From the human T2T-CHM13v2.0 reference genome, Homo sapiens: a DNA stretch of 64,000 nt. The stretch lies in assembly GCF_009914755.1 (NCBI RefSeq), contig NC_060926.1. One strand, written 5' to 3'. The position numbers and the translations under genes are program-made. Shown in pieces: positions 62,533 through 64,000 of this stretch (positions are counted from its first letter, which is position 1; each line of letters begins with the position of its first letter). The notes under the pieces are model-generated. The model was not told where the DNA came from. It saw nothing but the letters and a program-made list of their open reading frames with translations, and did not search any database.

Positions 62533-64000
62533 ATCAAGTGTGGAGTGCCATCTGGTGTGTGGGGCGCCTCTGGGAAGCCTGGGCAGCGGAATGCCCCTTG
62601 CACCCAGGGCAAGGGACCCAGTTCAGGCTCCACCCCTCACTGCTGAGCCGATGTCACCACCCGGAACCTTCCTGTCAGTTCCAGCACGATTCAGAGTCGG
62701 CTACGTGGCAGATTGGTGCCGGAGTCTCATTCTGCCTGATTAAAAATGGAATTAGTATGCAGGACTGAGAGCGCCCCCGTCACCCTGACGCATGTGACTG
62801 TGTCCAACCCTGCCCCCACTTCCTCTCTGCACCAGCTCCGCAGGGCCTGGTGGGGGTCATAGGTCCTGCAACACCCTCTCCCCGCAGTTCCTTGGCCAAC
62901 ACTCTGAATGGCCCTGTCTATACCCTGGGTCTGAGTCAGTGCCCTGGCAGCTCCAGGCCCAATCCTGTGCTCTGGGGACAGAAGCAGGCCTGGGCCTCGG
63001 GGAGGGGACGAGGGCTCTCCAGTGCCTTCCCAACCTGGCCCCGTTGCCCACCCAGTGTCCTGAGCACCCATGGATCCCACCTGCCTTGGGGCCTGGGCAG
63101 AGCTGGCTGGCCACTGGGCATTCCCTTCCCCAGCCAGCCTGACCCCAGCCTGCACTCCTCCCCCTCTGTGGGGGAAGCTCCGTGGCTTGGCGTCCCCGAG
63201 AGCTGCTAGAAACTAGGATGAAAGCCATGGTGAGCACGGCCTCTGTTCCCCCGCACCATTTCCTGGGGTGTCGGGACTAACAAGCTCATTTGATCTGGTT
63301 ACAGTGAATTTTCTTCAAAGAAACACTCAATAGGGTCCCTTGTCAGAGTGCGTCGCAGCGCCTGAATGACAGCGACTGGTTATGGCTGCCTTTGTTCTGC
63401 CACTGTCAGATGGGGCTGGCTGTGGGAGGCGACCAAAGACATCCCACACCTGCCCTGGGAGCCTTTCCCTCCTCCAGGGCTCAGCCACCTCAGGCGGCCT
63501 TCAGTCTGTGTGTCCTGCCACCCCCGAGATGTCCCAGAGGCCACGGTCACCCCATCTGTTCCTGTCCCCAGAACCTTCTCCTGCAGCCAAGTATCTGCAG
63601 GGACAGACAGGCGAGCGTCTGGGGGTTTGGTGTTGGGGTGGAGAAGGCTGTGGGGTGCTGCCCCAGCCCAGGCAGCCTGACTGTGAGAGCCCCAAACAGG
63701 AGACATCCCAGCCCCTTCCCCTCCCCTCCACGCTGCCCACCCTCTGAGGAGCAGTGGCCAAGTTCCTCTCTGGGCTTCTCAGGCCAGGCTGGCCCTGTCC
63801 CCCAGGGCCTCCCACGAAGCATGGGAGCTATTCCCTCACAGGCAGCACAGACCCGGACGGACACCTGTCCCTATGTCCCAGCGCCCCCAGGCCCCAGTAA
63901 GGAGTAGCCAGGGGGGTGAACAAGGGGGTTCCTGCTGCCTGGGCTTGTTTGGGAAGCAGATGCTGGGCTCAGAGTTTCTTCAGAGAGCCTCACCTTCCGT

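Overview
Primate (human-like) genomic DNA that I recognise as the 2q37.1 alkaline-phosphatase cluster. It holds one intact protein-coding gene, ALPG (ALPPL2/GCAP; 11 exons, CDS 21691-24666, + strand, 532 aa). It also holds three unprocessed pseudogene fragments from old tandem duplications: two minus-strand ECEL1 copies (1474-3310, exons 1-2 only, probably ECEL1P2; 30488-35800, exons 1-12 without exon 6, probably ECEL1P1) and a plus-strand DIS3L2 3' fragment (56842-62532). Blocks ~1.2-13 kb and ~33.6-46 kb are diverged paralogues. The rest is mostly mobile-element DNA: dozens of Alus, an HML-2 LTR5 solo LTR with a 6-bp TSD, a THE1 LTR, a MER34-like ERV present in both duplicons, a Charlie (hAT) transposase fossil, and L1/L2/MIR pieces. 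Best leads: a betaretrovirus-like ERV whose LTR has both a PPT and a tRNA-Trp-like PBS; three ALPP-type residues clustered in ALPG (possible gene conversion); an LTR5 with a private 18-bp duplication; an inverted multi-template insertion; a telomeric mini-array; and a strong CTCF site. I found no CRISPR array or prokaryotic system, and no convincing new gene. Gene and repeat family names come from memory of the sequences, not from database searches.
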